A model generated the notes under the pieces. The model worked only from the letters and a program-made list of their open reading frames with translations, did not search any database and was not told the origin of the DNA. This document shows positions 47,076 through 55,779 of a DNA stretch of 64,000 nucleotides, piece after piece; within the stretch, counting starts at the first letter, position 1, and every line of letters starts with the position of its first letter. Source of the stretch: Candidatus Micrarchaeota archaeon (lineage in GTDB: Archaea; Micrarchaeota; Micrarchaeia; Micrarchaeales; CABMGC01); contig JAGDYB010000017.1 of NCBI GenBank assembly GCA_023270055.1, positions 6,581 to 70,580 on the forward strand. Reading direction: 5' to 3'. The position numbers were made by a program, and so were the translations under genes.

Positions 47076-47396
47076 ATGGACAGACGTGAAGGTCCGGGAA
47101 GAGGACACGGAGAAGGAAGACCGATGAGGTCCAACTATTTCCTACCGAAACCGGTAAAAGTCGGAGATGTGATAGAAGCAACAATAGAAGCAACTGCATC
47201 TAGAGGAGACGGCATAGCCAAGAAAGACGGCTTTGTAATCTTCGTAAAGGGTGCAAAACAGGGAGAAACCATAAAGGTAAGGATAACAGAAGTAAGAGCT
47301 AGATTCGCACTAGGCGAGAAGGTTGAGGGAGATGCATCAGCGTCGCCGCAGCCTGAAGAGCCGAGCGATTCAAGCGATGAAACTGAAGAGCAGTAA
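47076..47396 (+). CDS. stand-alone TRAM-domain protein
   Basis: 106 aa. VKVGDVIEATIEATASRGDGIAKKDGFVIFVKGAKQGETIKVRITEV is a TRAM/OB-like domain, flanked by a Gly/Arg-rich N-terminus and an acidic tail. Confidence 0.75.
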   Translation: MDRREGPGRGHGEGRPMRSNYFLPKPVKVGDVIEATIEATASRGDGIAKKDGFVIFVKGAKQGETIKVRITEVRARFALGEKVEGDASASPQPEEPSDSSDETEEQ

Positions 47397-47497
47397 AGAG
47401 ACAGTTTTTGTTTATTTTATTTATTATTTAGCTTACCTTATTCTTTTCCAGCCTTTCGGCTTCAGAGCAAATATTCGGAAAAAATATTAAGCAAAAG

Positions 47498-47583
47498 CGC
47501 TGGGAGCGGGAATCGAACCCGCGGAGGCCATTTCTAGCCAAACAGCTTAGCAGGCTGCCGCCCTACCACTAGGCGATCCCAGC
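47498..47583 (-). tRNA. tRNA-Ser (anticodon GCU)
   Basis: Reverse-strand hand fold. Acceptor GCTGGGA/TCCCAGC. D arm GCCT-AGTGGTA-GGGC. Anticodon stem GCAGC/GCTGT with loop CTGCTAA. 19-nt long variable arm. T arm GCGGG-TTCGATT-CCCGC. Discriminator G. Confidence 0.9.
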
Positions 47584-47865
47584 ATGCAGCAGCGGCAGGC
47601 ACAGCACTATACACGCCTGCAAGGTTTACCTGCCATCCGCTCTGTCCTGTATCTTCAGAGCATAGTTTTTTGTACGCCAATGGCTATGTACTTAGGGTTG
47701 CTCCTTCCGGCCTGGCCCGGTTCATATATAAAACTACCACCGAAGGCAGAACTTCAACGCTTCAGACAGGGCCTTGCAGATATGCATAGCACCATGCCTA
47801 CATGTGGCCCGCCCAAGGGGATTTGCGGTATGGGAAACCCCTAGCTTCCCGCCTTGCTGCTGCGC
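47584..47865 (-). ncRNA. signal recognition particle RNA (7S / SRP RNA)
   Basis: The reverse strand contains CCAGGCCGGAAGGAGCAACC, matching the universally conserved SRP helix-8 element (compare E. coli 4.5S GUCAGGUCCGGAAGGAAGCAGCC, with its GGAA tetraloop). The ends pair as a long terminal helix (GCAGCAGC-AA-GGCGGG with CCTGCC-GCTGCTGC). Length of about 280 nt fits archaeal SRP RNA. End coordinates are accurate to a few nt. Confidence 0.8.
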
Positions 47866-47881
47866 TAATATTGGCATATCC

Positions 47882-47893
47882 AAATATTAATAA
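47882..47893 (-). promoter_or_regulatory. TATA-like box (TTATTAATATTT on the reverse strand) upstream of SRP RNA
   Basis: AT-rich element centred roughly 20-25 nt upstream of the first base of the SRP RNA terminal helix. Confidence 0.3.
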
Positions 47894-47968
47894 CCTTTTC
47901 ATGCAACGTTTATAACCTTTTGGCAACAATATAGTTCGCGACCATAACAGCAACAGGGCGATGCTTGA

Positions 47969-48391
47969 ATGATGCTTGACGAGAAGGACGAGATCGCACT
48001 GAAGATTCTTAAGGGCATGCATGTAATAGCGGTAGTAGGGTGCTCCAGGAACGAAGGAAAGCCAAGCCACGACGTGCCGAAATACTTGCAGGACGCGGGC
48101 TACAGGATAATTCCGGTAAATCCGAATGCTGATTACATACTTGGCGAAAAAGCGTATGCCAAGCTTACCGACATACCGTTTCCGGTCGATGTTGTCGATG
48201 TTTTCAGGCCGGCGAATGAGGCTATGCAGATAGCAAAGGACGCGGTGCTGATAGGGGCAAAGGCCTTCTGGCTGCAGGAGGGCATATTCAACGACGAAGC
48301 GGAAGCGTACGCGAAAGAGCATGGACTTCTTGTGATCTCAAACAGGTGCATGATGAAGGAGCACTACAAGCTCATATTGGGCAAGTACTGA
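47969..48391 (+). CDS. CoA-binding domain protein (YccU/YneT-like)
   Basis: 140 aa. IAVVGCSRNEGKPSHDVPKYLQDAGYRIIPVNP, VDVVDVFRP. Confidence 0.8.
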   Translation: MMLDEKDEIALKILKGMHVIAVVGCSRNEGKPSHDVPKYLQDAGYRIIPVNPNADYILGEKAYAKLTDIPFPVDVVDVFRPANEAMQIAKDAVLIGAKAFWLQEGIFNDEAEAYAKEHGLLVISNRCMMKEHYKLILGKY

Positions 48392-48393
48392 TT

Positions 48394-48421
48394 GCTTTTT
48401 GCACCGCTAAAAAGCGATTTT
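48394..48421 (+). terminator. hairpin plus T-run after the CoA-binding protein gene
   Basis: GCTTTTT (48394-48400) pairs with AAAAAGC (48409-48415) around an 8-nt loop and is followed by GATTTT. It starts 3 nt after the TGA stop. Confidence 0.3.
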
Positions 48422-48548
48422 ACAAACAAGGGCAATCATCACCTTTAGCATAATGGCTTATATATTTTTATATTCATTATAACCCTATCAATACGATGCA
48501 AAGGCACTATAGTTATCGGCTTTGCGGGCTAAGTGAAATATTGGTGAT

Positions 48549-48959
48549 TTGATAAACTATGATGAACTGCTGGACAGGGCGTTCGCAAAACTCCCATCGC
48601 TCAGCGCTGAACATTCCGATTTTCAGATACCTGCTGTAGATTCAATAGTCCAGGGTAGCAACACCATAATAAGAAATTTTTCTCAAATAGCGGAGAAGGC
48701 GAGGAGGAACATGGACGATATAGCAAAATACCTTACTAAGGAGTTTGCCGTGCATTCCACGATACAGGACCAGAGGCTGATAATAAACGCCAAGCTGAAT
48801 GCTGACGTGCTCAACGCAGCCATAAAGAGATATTTTGAAACTTACGTAATATGCAAGGAGTGCCACAAGCCGGACACCGTTGTTGTATCAACTTCCAGGG
48901 GCTTTATAACGCTCGTGTGCGAGGCTTGCGGAGCAAGGTATACGGTAAAGAACTATTAG
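48549..48959 (+). CDS. translation initiation factor aIF2 beta subunit
   Basis: 136 aa. YDELLDRAF..LP, the FQIP block, and the C-terminal zinc ribbon CKECHKPDT...CEACGA. Non-ATG (TTG) start implied by the ORF track. Confidence 0.88.
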   Translation: MINYDELLDRAFAKLPSLSAEHSDFQIPAVDSIVQGSNTIIRNFSQIAEKARRNMDDIAKYLTKEFAVHSTIQDQRLIINAKLNADVLNAAIKRYFETYVICKECHKPDTVVVSTSRGFITLVCEACGARYTVKNY

Positions 48960-48966
48960 TGATAGA

Positions 48967-49260
48967 ATGTATGAAAAAAGCGCAGCGCCGTCGTATACGC
49001 CAATGCCAAGGAACGGCGAGGTAGTCGGTAAAGTGGTAAAGGCGCAGGGTGCCGCGAATTTTGTTGTTATGTGTTCTGATGAGAAGGAAAGGCTTTGTTC
49101 CATACCCGGAAGGTTCAAAAGAAGGTTCTGGGTCAAGGAGGGGGATGCTGTTCTGGTAAAGCCTTGGGTTGTGCAGAGCGACAAAAGGGGGGACATAATC
49201 TGGAGGTACAGCATGATGGACCGGGCAAAGCTTAGGAACATGGGCTATGCCTTTTTGTGA
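48967..49260 (+). CDS. eif1a: translation initiation factor aIF1A
   Basis: 97 aa. GEVVGKVVKAQGAANFVVMCSDEKERLCSIPGRFKRRFWVKEGDAVLV is the OB fold of eIF1A. Confidence 0.9.
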   Translation: MYEKSAAPSYTPMPRNGEVVGKVVKAQGAANFVVMCSDEKERLCSIPGRFKRRFWVKEGDAVLVKPWVVQSDKRGDIIWRYSMMDRAKLRNMGYAFL

Positions 49261-49278
49261 TCGGTCTCTTGTTTATGA

Positions 49279-50034
49279 TTAAGCCTGTGGTTGTGCAGTG
49301 ACGAAATTGTAAAGGTCGTCGCTTTTTACTGACATCCCGTAGTTCTTGTTGAAGAATGAGGAGATGTTGTCAAGATCCCTTTTCAGGAAAAATTCTGATC
49401 GCGGATGGTGCAGCACCGCCTGCCCAAAATCTATCATGTATGGCACGCCGTCCTTAACAAGTATGTTGTACTCGCTGAGGTCGCAGTGCACAACACCGAC
49501 ACTGTATAGTTTTTTGACATCTGCTACTATCGTTTTTAAAACCTCTTCCGGATTTTGAAGCTTTTCGAATTTAAGCTGCTTGGCGTAGGTGTCGTTGCCT
49601 ATGAATTCCATTGCAAGCACGTTGCCATTGAAAGCGTATGGTTTTGGAGCATGCACTCCCGCTTCTTGCGCCAGCTTCAAATTCCCGTACTCCTTCTTGC
49701 ACCACTGGTTCACGATCCAGTAAATGTTTTTCTTAAGGGCAGGAAACCTCTCGTCGCCGGCCATGTAGTCGGACCTGTTGAAGAAATTCGTGGTTTCAAC
49801 CCTGAAGACCTTGAGCACAACGAAATCGCCATCTACGCTTGGACCGCTATCGGCAACATACACGTCCGCTTCCTTGCCCTTAGCTATCAGGAAGTCAAGC
49901 TTTGAAATCACGCCCTTAGTCATCAGCTTGGACAACCTCATTATTGTCCTGTCGTCAATCGTGCCTTCCGCCACCTTGAGCTGTTCCTTCAGCGTTTCCA
50001 CTTCCCTTGAAGGCCTCTTGCGCTTGCTCAGCAT
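49279..50034 (-). CDS. rio1: RIO-type serine protein kinase (Rio1-like)
   Basis: KGKEADVYVA, catalytic loop VHCDLSEYNILV, metal loop IDFGQAV. Start trimmed to MLSKRKRPS at 50034; the ORF track extends to 50073. Confidence 0.85.
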   Translation of the reverse strand: MLSKRKRPSREVETLKEQLKVAEGTIDDRTIMRLSKLMTKGVISKLDFLIAKGKEADVYVADSGPSVDGDFVVLKVFRVETTNFFNRSDYMAGDERFPALKKNIYWIVNQWCKKEYGNLKLAQEAGVHAPKPYAFNGNVLAMEFIGNDTYAKQLKFEKLQNPEEVLKTIVADVKKLYSVGVVHCDLSEYNILVKDGVPYMIDFGQAVLHHPRSEFFLKRDLDNISSFFNKNYGMSVKSDDLYNFVTAQPQA

Positions 50035-50138
50035 TCTTACCATGCACACACACCTGTAACACGAACGCGGCACCCAGACCGCAAAACACTGATTATGTTG
50101 CCGATATTGTTTATATTTATTGCTGCATATATATCTTT

Positions 50139-50798
50139 ATGCTGCTCCAACCCAAGATAATTGCTGACAACAGAGAACGCAACATGCAGATAATAGACAG
50201 GCTTTCGGAGCTTGGAACCCAGCTCACGTTTGCACAACTCCCTGTTGGGGACTATGTGCTTTCCGACAGGATATGCATTGAGAGGAAAAGCGTTAACGAC
50301 TTGGAAAATTCGATAATGAATTCAAGGCTTTTTGAGCAACTGGGCAGGCTTAAGAAAAGCTTTCAGAAACCAATGCTTCTTGTTGAAGGCGATAGCTCCG
50401 AATTCAGGCTTAGCAGCAGCGTGATACTTGGAACTGCGGTTGCGGTGTATACCGACTACGACATACCGATATTGTGGTCCGAGGGAGGTGAGGAGTCAGC
50501 GGATATTTTATATTATATTGCCAGGAGGGAGCAGCAGCAGAAAGAGAGAGAGCCCAGGGCGGTCGGAGTCAAGAAGGCGTACACGTTGCGCCAGTGGCAA
50601 TTGTTGATACTTGAATCTGTGCCTGGCGTCGGGCCGAAATTGGCGGCCAGGCTGCTATCGGAATTCAAGAGTATAAGGAATGTGGTGAATGCGAACATTG
50701 AAATGCTCCAGAAAACGGACAAGATAGGCAAAAAGAAGGCTGAAACGATATATAAGGTGCTAAACGAGGATTATGATGGCGAGGATAAGATTATTTAA
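50139..50798 (+). CDS. xpf: short XPF/ERCC4-type structure-specific nuclease (nuclease + (HhH)2, no helicase domain)
   Basis: IIADNRE, GDYVL, IERKSVNDL (ERK motif), then VPGVGPKLAARLL and IGKKKAETIY helix-hairpin-helix pair. Start trimmed to ATG 50139. Confidence 0.82.
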   Translation: MLLQPKIIADNRERNMQIIDRLSELGTQLTFAQLPVGDYVLSDRICIERKSVNDLENSIMNSRLFEQLGRLKKSFQKPMLLVEGDSSEFRLSSSVILGTAVAVYTDYDIPILWSEGGEESADILYYIARREQQQKEREPRAVGVKKAYTLRQWQLLILESVPGVGPKLAARLLSEFKSIRNVVNANIEMLQKTDKIGKKKAETIYKVLNEDYDGEDKII

Positions 50799-51420
50799 AA
50801 AGTTGCTCAGCGGCGGCGAGGAAAGGATAATAGGCGAAAGCACTAGGATACTGAGGATAGGCATCGAGGCTACAGACATACTTAAATCCGGCGCAAGCAT
50901 GGGCACCAAGCTTGAAAAGGTGAGAAACCTTGAAAAGCTCTCAGACAACGTCGTCTTTGGCCTTTCTAAGGAAATAACCTCGGGTGGCGTCGCGCCGAAC
51001 TTGATAGACAACTTGCTAGAGCTGATAAACACTGAGGACAACATAATAGATTCGCTTTACAACCTCACAAGAGAGCTCTCGCGGTACGAGATAAGGGAAA
51101 AAGGCATAAATGCGCAGATCCAGGCGGAGCTAGGCAGTTTCATAGACCTTGCGGGGCAAGCGCTGCAGATACTTATAAAGATGGAAACCAGCGACGACCT
51201 TTACAGGATGGGCAGGTACAGGGCGGAAATAGAGAAAGTCGAGGAAAGCGGGGATGAAATAAAGGACAGCATGTTCGACTTCGCGTATCACAGGCACAAC
51301 ATAAATTTCAAGACGTTTTACCACATTTTTCAGATTGCACACATGAGCGATGACGTTTTGGACAATTGCGAAGACGCATCAGACAGCTTCTTGACCATAA
51401 TGTCTTCAATAATTTCGTGA
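50773..51420 (+). CDS. DUF47 / PhoU-like phosphate-transport accessory protein
   Basis: 215 aa all-helical protein immediately upstream of a PiT-like transporter, the usual DUF47-PiT pairing. Its start overlaps the end of xpf by 26 nt. Confidence 0.55.
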   Translation: MMARIRLFKKLLSGGEERIIGESTRILRIGIEATDILKSGASMGTKLEKVRNLEKLSDNVVFGLSKEITSGGVAPNLIDNLLELINTEDNIIDSLYNLTRELSRYEIREKGINAQIQAELGSFIDLAGQALQILIKMETSDDLYRMGRYRAEIEKVEESGDEIKDSMFDFAYHRHNINFKTFYHIFQIAHMSDDVLDNCEDASDSFLTIMSSIIS

Positions 51421-51424
51421 TTTT

Positions 51425-52342
51425 TTGCTAGGCATAATAGTTTCGGCGCTTGCATTCGTCCTGATAATGCTTGTGTCCGGAAACAACCTGCCTGCGTGCA
51501 CCGGCTCTATAATAGCAAGCAACATAGTGACAAAGAAATGGGGAGTATTGCTCGCGATAATGGGCTATCTTTCGGGTTTGTTTGCCGAGGGTAGTTTACT
51601 TGGCAGAGGAGTTTATTCTCTAATGCCGTTCAGATCCAACGAACTCGTCATAATAGCGCTTTCCGTAGCCATAGTCATATTTTTGATAGCGCATAAGATG
51701 CGCGTGCCGCAATCCCTGTCGATTACGTTTGCGTTTTCGATACTTGGGATAACGCTCGCGCTGGGAAGGCGGCCCGACATGCTTTTTACATCTGAAATGC
51801 TGCTCTTTTGGGTTGCTGCGTTCTTGTTTGCTATACCGTTCTCGATTTTTGTGATGAACACGTTGAAGAAAAGAGTAAACAGGAGAAGGATTTGGAGCAG
51901 CATGCACAAAATAAAAATTGCGCTAGTGGTAGCTTCCTTCTTTGCAGCCTTTACGCTGGGGGCCAACACAATAGGCTTTGTATACTACACGCTGCCGCAT
52001 TCTATTTACAACGACGCGGCCGTGATCCTGGCTATCATTGCCGGGAGCATATTATTCAGTGGCGGAGAATTGAGAAGGATAGGGAATGAAATAATACCAA
52101 TAAGATATATAAATTCATTTACTACGCAATTTGTCTCCGTAGTGCTCGTTGAATGCGCAACGCTTTTCGGTATACCAGTCTCAAACACTCAAATGTTCAC
52201 CGCAAGCGTATACGGTGCGGGCATTGGATACAAAAACAGGATCATAAGGGAAAAGCCGGCAATAGCAATTGCAGGGACATGGATAGGGACCGCTCTTGTG
52301 GGATTTTTTGCCTCATACCTGCTTGTTTACCTATTCGCTTAA
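51425..52342 (+). CDS. PiT-family inorganic phosphate transporter (divergent)
   Basis: 305 aa, polytopic. Two internal repeat signatures, SGNNLPACTG and GANTIGFVY, stand where PiT proteins carry GANDVAN. Genomic pairing with DUF47 supports the call. Confidence 0.6.
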   Translation: MLGIIVSALAFVLIMLVSGNNLPACTGSIIASNIVTKKWGVLLAIMGYLSGLFAEGSLLGRGVYSLMPFRSNELVIIALSVAIVIFLIAHKMRVPQSLSITFAFSILGITLALGRRPDMLFTSEMLLFWVAAFLFAIPFSIFVMNTLKKRVNRRRIWSSMHKIKIALVVASFFAAFTLGANTIGFVYYTLPHSIYNDAAVILAIIAGSILFSGGELRRIGNEIIPIRYINSFTTQFVSVVLVECATLFGIPVSNTQMFTASVYGAGIGYKNRIIREKPAIAIAGTWIGTALVGFFASYLLVYLFA

Positions 52343-52768
52343 CGCGCTGCCTACAACTTCCGCTGCAGTTGATAGATCGAGACGCAGCCTTAGTTTGCGC
52401 CACTTCACCTTGTTTTTCTTTGCGAAGTAGAGCGAGAGTTTTTTGCTGCTGGAGAAAAGTATGAACCGCTTGCTGGACTTTATGCCTGCAGACGCTATCG
52501 CCTCGCTTATGTTTTTGCTGCCCGAAACAAGAAGGATGAGCTCGTTCCTGACAGAGTCACTCTTCGCAATTCCGTCTCTTACCCTCATCTGTGCTATCAC
52601 GTACGCGGGCAAAAGCTTTCGGAGTATTTCCCTTTTGTAATCGAAAAGTTGGATAAAATCCGCCGTATTGCTGGCGCCTTTCATGCTGCCAATTAGCTCT
52701 TCGACACTCTCGCCAGAGCTGCAAAGCATGCAGAAATACCCAGGCTCTGCGACACTTTTTGTTGACAT
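52331..52768 (-). CDS. cgi121: KEOPS complex subunit Cgi121
   Basis: 145 aa. IQLFDYK...IAKSDSVRNELILLVSGSKNISEAIASAGIKSS aligns by eye with M. jannaschii Cgi121 (FQILNAD...IAKSFWMEILVRASGQRQIHEAIKIIGAKDG), recalled from memory. Confidence 0.65.
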   Translation of the reverse strand: MSTKSVAEPGYFCMLCSSGESVEELIGSMKGASNTADFIQLFDYKREILRKLLPAYVIAQMRVRDGIAKSDSVRNELILLVSGSKNISEAIASAGIKSSKRFILFSSSKKLSLYFAKKNKVKWRKLRLRLDLSTAAEVVGSALSE

Positions 52769-52986
52769 GCGGCATACACCCCTTGCAAAGGGATAAAATA
52801 CTTGCTTAACAAAAGAATATTGGCTTAATATCTTTTATTCTTTGCCCGCAGCATGCGCATTATCGTGCTTTTGCGGCGGGCAGATTTCAAGGAAAAATAT
52901 ATTAAGTTAATTTTAAATTATAATTAGGGATATTTAAGGCAACGACAAGACCGATAAGATAGATATAATAGCGAAAATGTGATTCA

Positions 52987-53382
52987 ATGAGCCAATTTGG
53001 AGTACAAATTCATAAGAAAACGGACAGGAAATTGTCTGGAAACGGCAAGCTGAAACTTAAGAGCAGGGACAAAAAAAGGCATGAAGTTGGGGGTTACTTT
53101 TCGGCCACAAGACTGGGAAAAGAGAATGCCACAGTGGACAGAAGAGTAAGAGGAGGGGCCGTAAGAAAGAGGCTCAAGTACGCGCTGTATGCAAACCTGA
53201 TAACAAAGGACGGCTTCAAGAAAGTCAAGATAAACGCCATTCTGGAATCACCTGACAACAGGAACTTTGCAAGGCTTAACATAATGACAAAGGGCACAGT
53301 CATAGATACTGAGGCTGGAAAGGCAAAGATAATAAACAGGCCAGGACGTGAAGGAAACGTAGTGGCAAAATTGTTGGCTTGA
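52987..53382 (+). CDS. rps8e: ribosomal protein S8e
   Basis: 131 aa. KSRDKKRHEVGG, RVRGG..K.R, and a C-terminal IINRPGREGNVVAKLL-type block. Confidence 0.88.
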   Translation: MSQFGVQIHKKTDRKLSGNGKLKLKSRDKKRHEVGGYFSATRLGKENATVDRRVRGGAVRKRLKYALYANLITKDGFKKVKINAILESPDNRNFARLNIMTKGTVIDTEAGKAKIINRPGREGNVVAKLLA

Positions 53383-53386
53383 TAGC

Positions 53387-53761
53387 ATGCCGGCACGCGT
53401 GTATTACTGCGATGCGTCGCAGTATGAGAAGCTCAAGAAGCTTTTGGAATACGACCCATACTTGGACAACAAGCTCACTGCCGAAGATCTGGAGAAGATA
53501 AAAAATGATGAGATGGCAAACGTGATATTTGCAAGGCAGGACTATGTTATAAAGGACGGTGCTGCGCTGGATCTCGACAGGGAAAAATATTATCTTTACC
53601 TTAATGCAAACGAGGAATTCCTGGAGAAGGCGGAGAAAAAGCTCAAGGCGGAGATCGAGGGCATTTCAAGAGCTGGTGCGGAAGAGGAGAAGAAGATAAT
53701 AGATAGCATAACCGAGGAAAGGAAAAAGGGTGAGGAAGGATTCGGGCTCATATTTGGATGA
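53387..53761 (+). CDS. small acidic helical protein ending in a ribosomal P-stalk-like tail (EEGFGLIFG)
   Basis: 124 aa, starts 4 nt after rps8e. Charged coiled region. The last residues, ERKKGEEGFGLIFG, resemble the P1 tail [13 protein letters not shown] encoded at 8457-8756. No family recognised. Confidence 0.6.
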   Translation: MPARVYYCDASQYEKLKKLLEYDPYLDNKLTAEDLEKIKNDEMANVIFARQDYVIKDGAALDLDREKYYLYLNANEEFLEKAEKKLKAEIEGISRAGAEEEKKIIDSITEERKKGEEGFGLIFG

Positions 53762-53765
53762 TATT

Positions 53766-54665
53766 ATGCATTTGCTGAGTATGGACGACCTTTCCAAGGA
53801 CCAGATAAGCAGGATTTTTGAGATTGCCGATGATTTGAAATCCGGAACGGCCACGATTGCGCTTAAAACAGGAGCAATACTGGCGATGTTTTTTGAAAAA
53901 CCTTCAACGAGAACTAGGGTATCCTTTGAGGCCGCGATAACACAGCTCGGCGGACACGGTATATATATAGACTCCAGGACGACCCAGCATTCAAGGGGTG
54001 AAAGCTGGTCAGACACGGGCAAAATGCTCAGCTCTTATGTTGACTTTATAGCAGCCAGGCTTTACAACCATTCAGATATTGTGGAACTTGCAAACAACTC
54101 CACTGTTCCCGTGATAAACGCGCTGACCGATTTGGAGCATCCAACGCAGGCGCTGACAGACCTCTACACGATATACGAAGTTAAAAACAGGCTGAAAGGG
54201 CTCAAGATAGCGTTCATAGGCGATATAGCTGCAAACACGGCGAATTCGCTTATGCTTGCCGGCGTAAAAATGAACATGAGCATATCGCTTGTAGGGCCAA
54301 AAGGTTACATGCCGAACGAGAGGTATTTCACCAAGGCTAGGGAGTACGGAATGGTTGACGTATACAACGACATAAAGGAGGGCGTTGCCGATGCTGATGT
54401 CCTCTACACCGACACATTCGTGAGCATGGGACAAGAGAACGATACGGAAAAGCGCCTAAAGCTCTTTGCGCCATACCAGCTCAATAGCAAGGTGCTCGGT
54501 TACGCGAAAAGCGATGCTGTGGTAATGCACTGCCTTCCAGCGCACAGAGGAGAAGAGATAACTGCCGATGTGATTGATGGACCGAGAAGCATAGTATTCA
54601 GGCAGGCAAAAAACAAGCTACTTATAGCAAAGGCGGTGCTGCTCTATTTATCGGAGAATGTATAA
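53766..54665 (+). CDS. argF: ornithine carbamoyltransferase
   Basis: FEKPSTRTRVSFE, HPTQALTD, DTFVSMGQE, HCLPAHRGEE (the OTCase-type HCLP motif). Start trimmed to ATG 53766. Confidence 0.85.
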   Translation: MHLLSMDDLSKDQISRIFEIADDLKSGTATIALKTGAILAMFFEKPSTRTRVSFEAAITQLGGHGIYIDSRTTQHSRGESWSDTGKMLSSYVDFIAARLYNHSDIVELANNSTVPVINALTDLEHPTQALTDLYTIYEVKNRLKGLKIAFIGDIAANTANSLMLAGVKMNMSISLVGPKGYMPNERYFTKAREYGMVDVYNDIKEGVADADVLYTDTFVSMGQENDTEKRLKLFAPYQLNSKVLGYAKSDAVVMHCLPAHRGEEITADVIDGPRSIVFRQAKNKLLIAKAVLLYLSENV

Positions 54666-54667
54666 GG

Positions 54668-55378
54668 CTAGCCCCAAACATCCGCTTTTATTTTGTCATT
54701 GCTGAACCCGAGTGATACTGCGATATCCTTCATCGCTTTGGTAAACTGAAGGGGACCGCATATATAGCACGTCCTTTCGCTAATATCGCTTACATACTTC
54801 TTTATCATGTCGGCTGAGATATGCCCGCGCTCTCCGTCCCATGGCAGTTCGCTCTCCCTTGTAACGGTAACAACTACCTTGAGCTTCATTTTAGACTGCA
54901 GCTCGTAGAGCCTGTTCTTCGCTATTATGTCGTTCGGGTATCTGACGCTGTAAACAAGCACGATGTCTATGTCAAGATTGTTTTCGAAAGAATGCTCTAT
55001 CATTGACAGAAATGGCGCAACGCCAGTGCCACCTGCAATGAACAGCACCTTTTTGTCGGATTTGTAATCGAACTTGAACTGGCCGTACGGACCTGATATG
55101 AAGTATGTGTCGCCAACCTTGGCGTTGTCAAGCTTTGAGGTAAACCTGCCGTGAACCATGCTTATGGCAAAAGCCAGCGTGTCGTGCCCAGGGGGAGACG
55201 CTATTGAATATGCCCTGCTCGTCTCCTGACCCGTCTGCGGATCCTTGTAACCGAGCATTACGAACATGCCGGGCTCGAAATCAAGCTTGTAGCCATCGAC
55301 CGCCTTGAACTTGAATATTGTAACATCTGCCGTTTCCTTGATTATTTCCGTTATTTGATACGGCTTTTTTAATATCAT
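54668..55378 (-). CDS. ferredoxin-NADP reductase-like FAD/NAD(P)-binding oxidoreductase
   Basis: 236 aa. RAYSIASPP (RxYS FAD motif), GPYG, FIAGGTGVAPFLSM (NAD(P) motif), C-terminal CGP. Confidence 0.75.
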   Translation of the reverse strand: MILKKPYQITEIIKETADVTIFKFKAVDGYKLDFEPGMFVMLGYKDPQTGQETSRAYSIASPPGHDTLAFAISMVHGRFTSKLDNAKVGDTYFISGPYGQFKFDYKSDKKVLFIAGGTGVAPFLSMIEHSFENNLDIDIVLVYSVRYPNDIIAKNRLYELQSKMKLKVVVTVTRESELPWDGERGHISADMIKKYVSDISERTCYICGPLQFTKAMKDIAVSLGFSNDKIKADVWG

Positions 55379-55452
55379 ACTATCATCTTACGTAGTCATG
55401 GCGAAATAAATATAAGAACAGAAGGGTATTTTAAGAAGTTTGCCTTTGCAGT

Positions 55453-55779
55453 TCACTTCTCGGCCAACGCTTCCATTGTTTTCTCGAATTTCTCAACACT
55501 TTTTACTATTTCCTTTATCTTAGGATCTATGTTGTAACCCAGGCCGTAGCCAGATTCTGTCCTTATATGTACCGGCTGCAGGACATTAAGCTCTATAGAA
55601 AGGGAACGCAATGTGAGAATTAGGGTCTTTCTTGTGAATTTTTTGCCTAACACAGCATAAAGCTCTTTTACGGTGCGGGGCGACTTTTCTATAAGCAGTT
55701 TTATTACAGCATAATTTGGCCTGCTGAGCAGCTTGCGAACAAGCCATATGTTATCTCTATTCTTCTCTTTAACCAGCAT
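55453..55779 (-). CDS. small winged-helix (ArsR/TrmB-like) DNA-binding protein
   Basis: 108 aa. YAVIKLLIEKSPRTVKELYAVLGKKFTRKTLILTLRSL looks like an HTH followed by a wing. It is divergent from the pilus operon. Confidence 0.5.
   Translation of the reverse strand: MLVKEKNRDNIWLVRKLLSRPNYAVIKLLIEKSPRTVKELYAVLGKKFTRKTLILTLRSLSIELNVLQPVHIRTESGYGLGYNIDPKIKEIVKSVEKFEKTMEALAEK

Noticed and set aside
47584-48322. ORF-track entries 47584..47844 (+, 86 aa) and 47798..48322 (-, 174 aa).
   Set aside because: The first lies entirely within the SRP RNA gene. The second overlaps the SRP RNA 5' end and runs antisense to the well-supported CoA-binding protein gene. Neither is protein-like.
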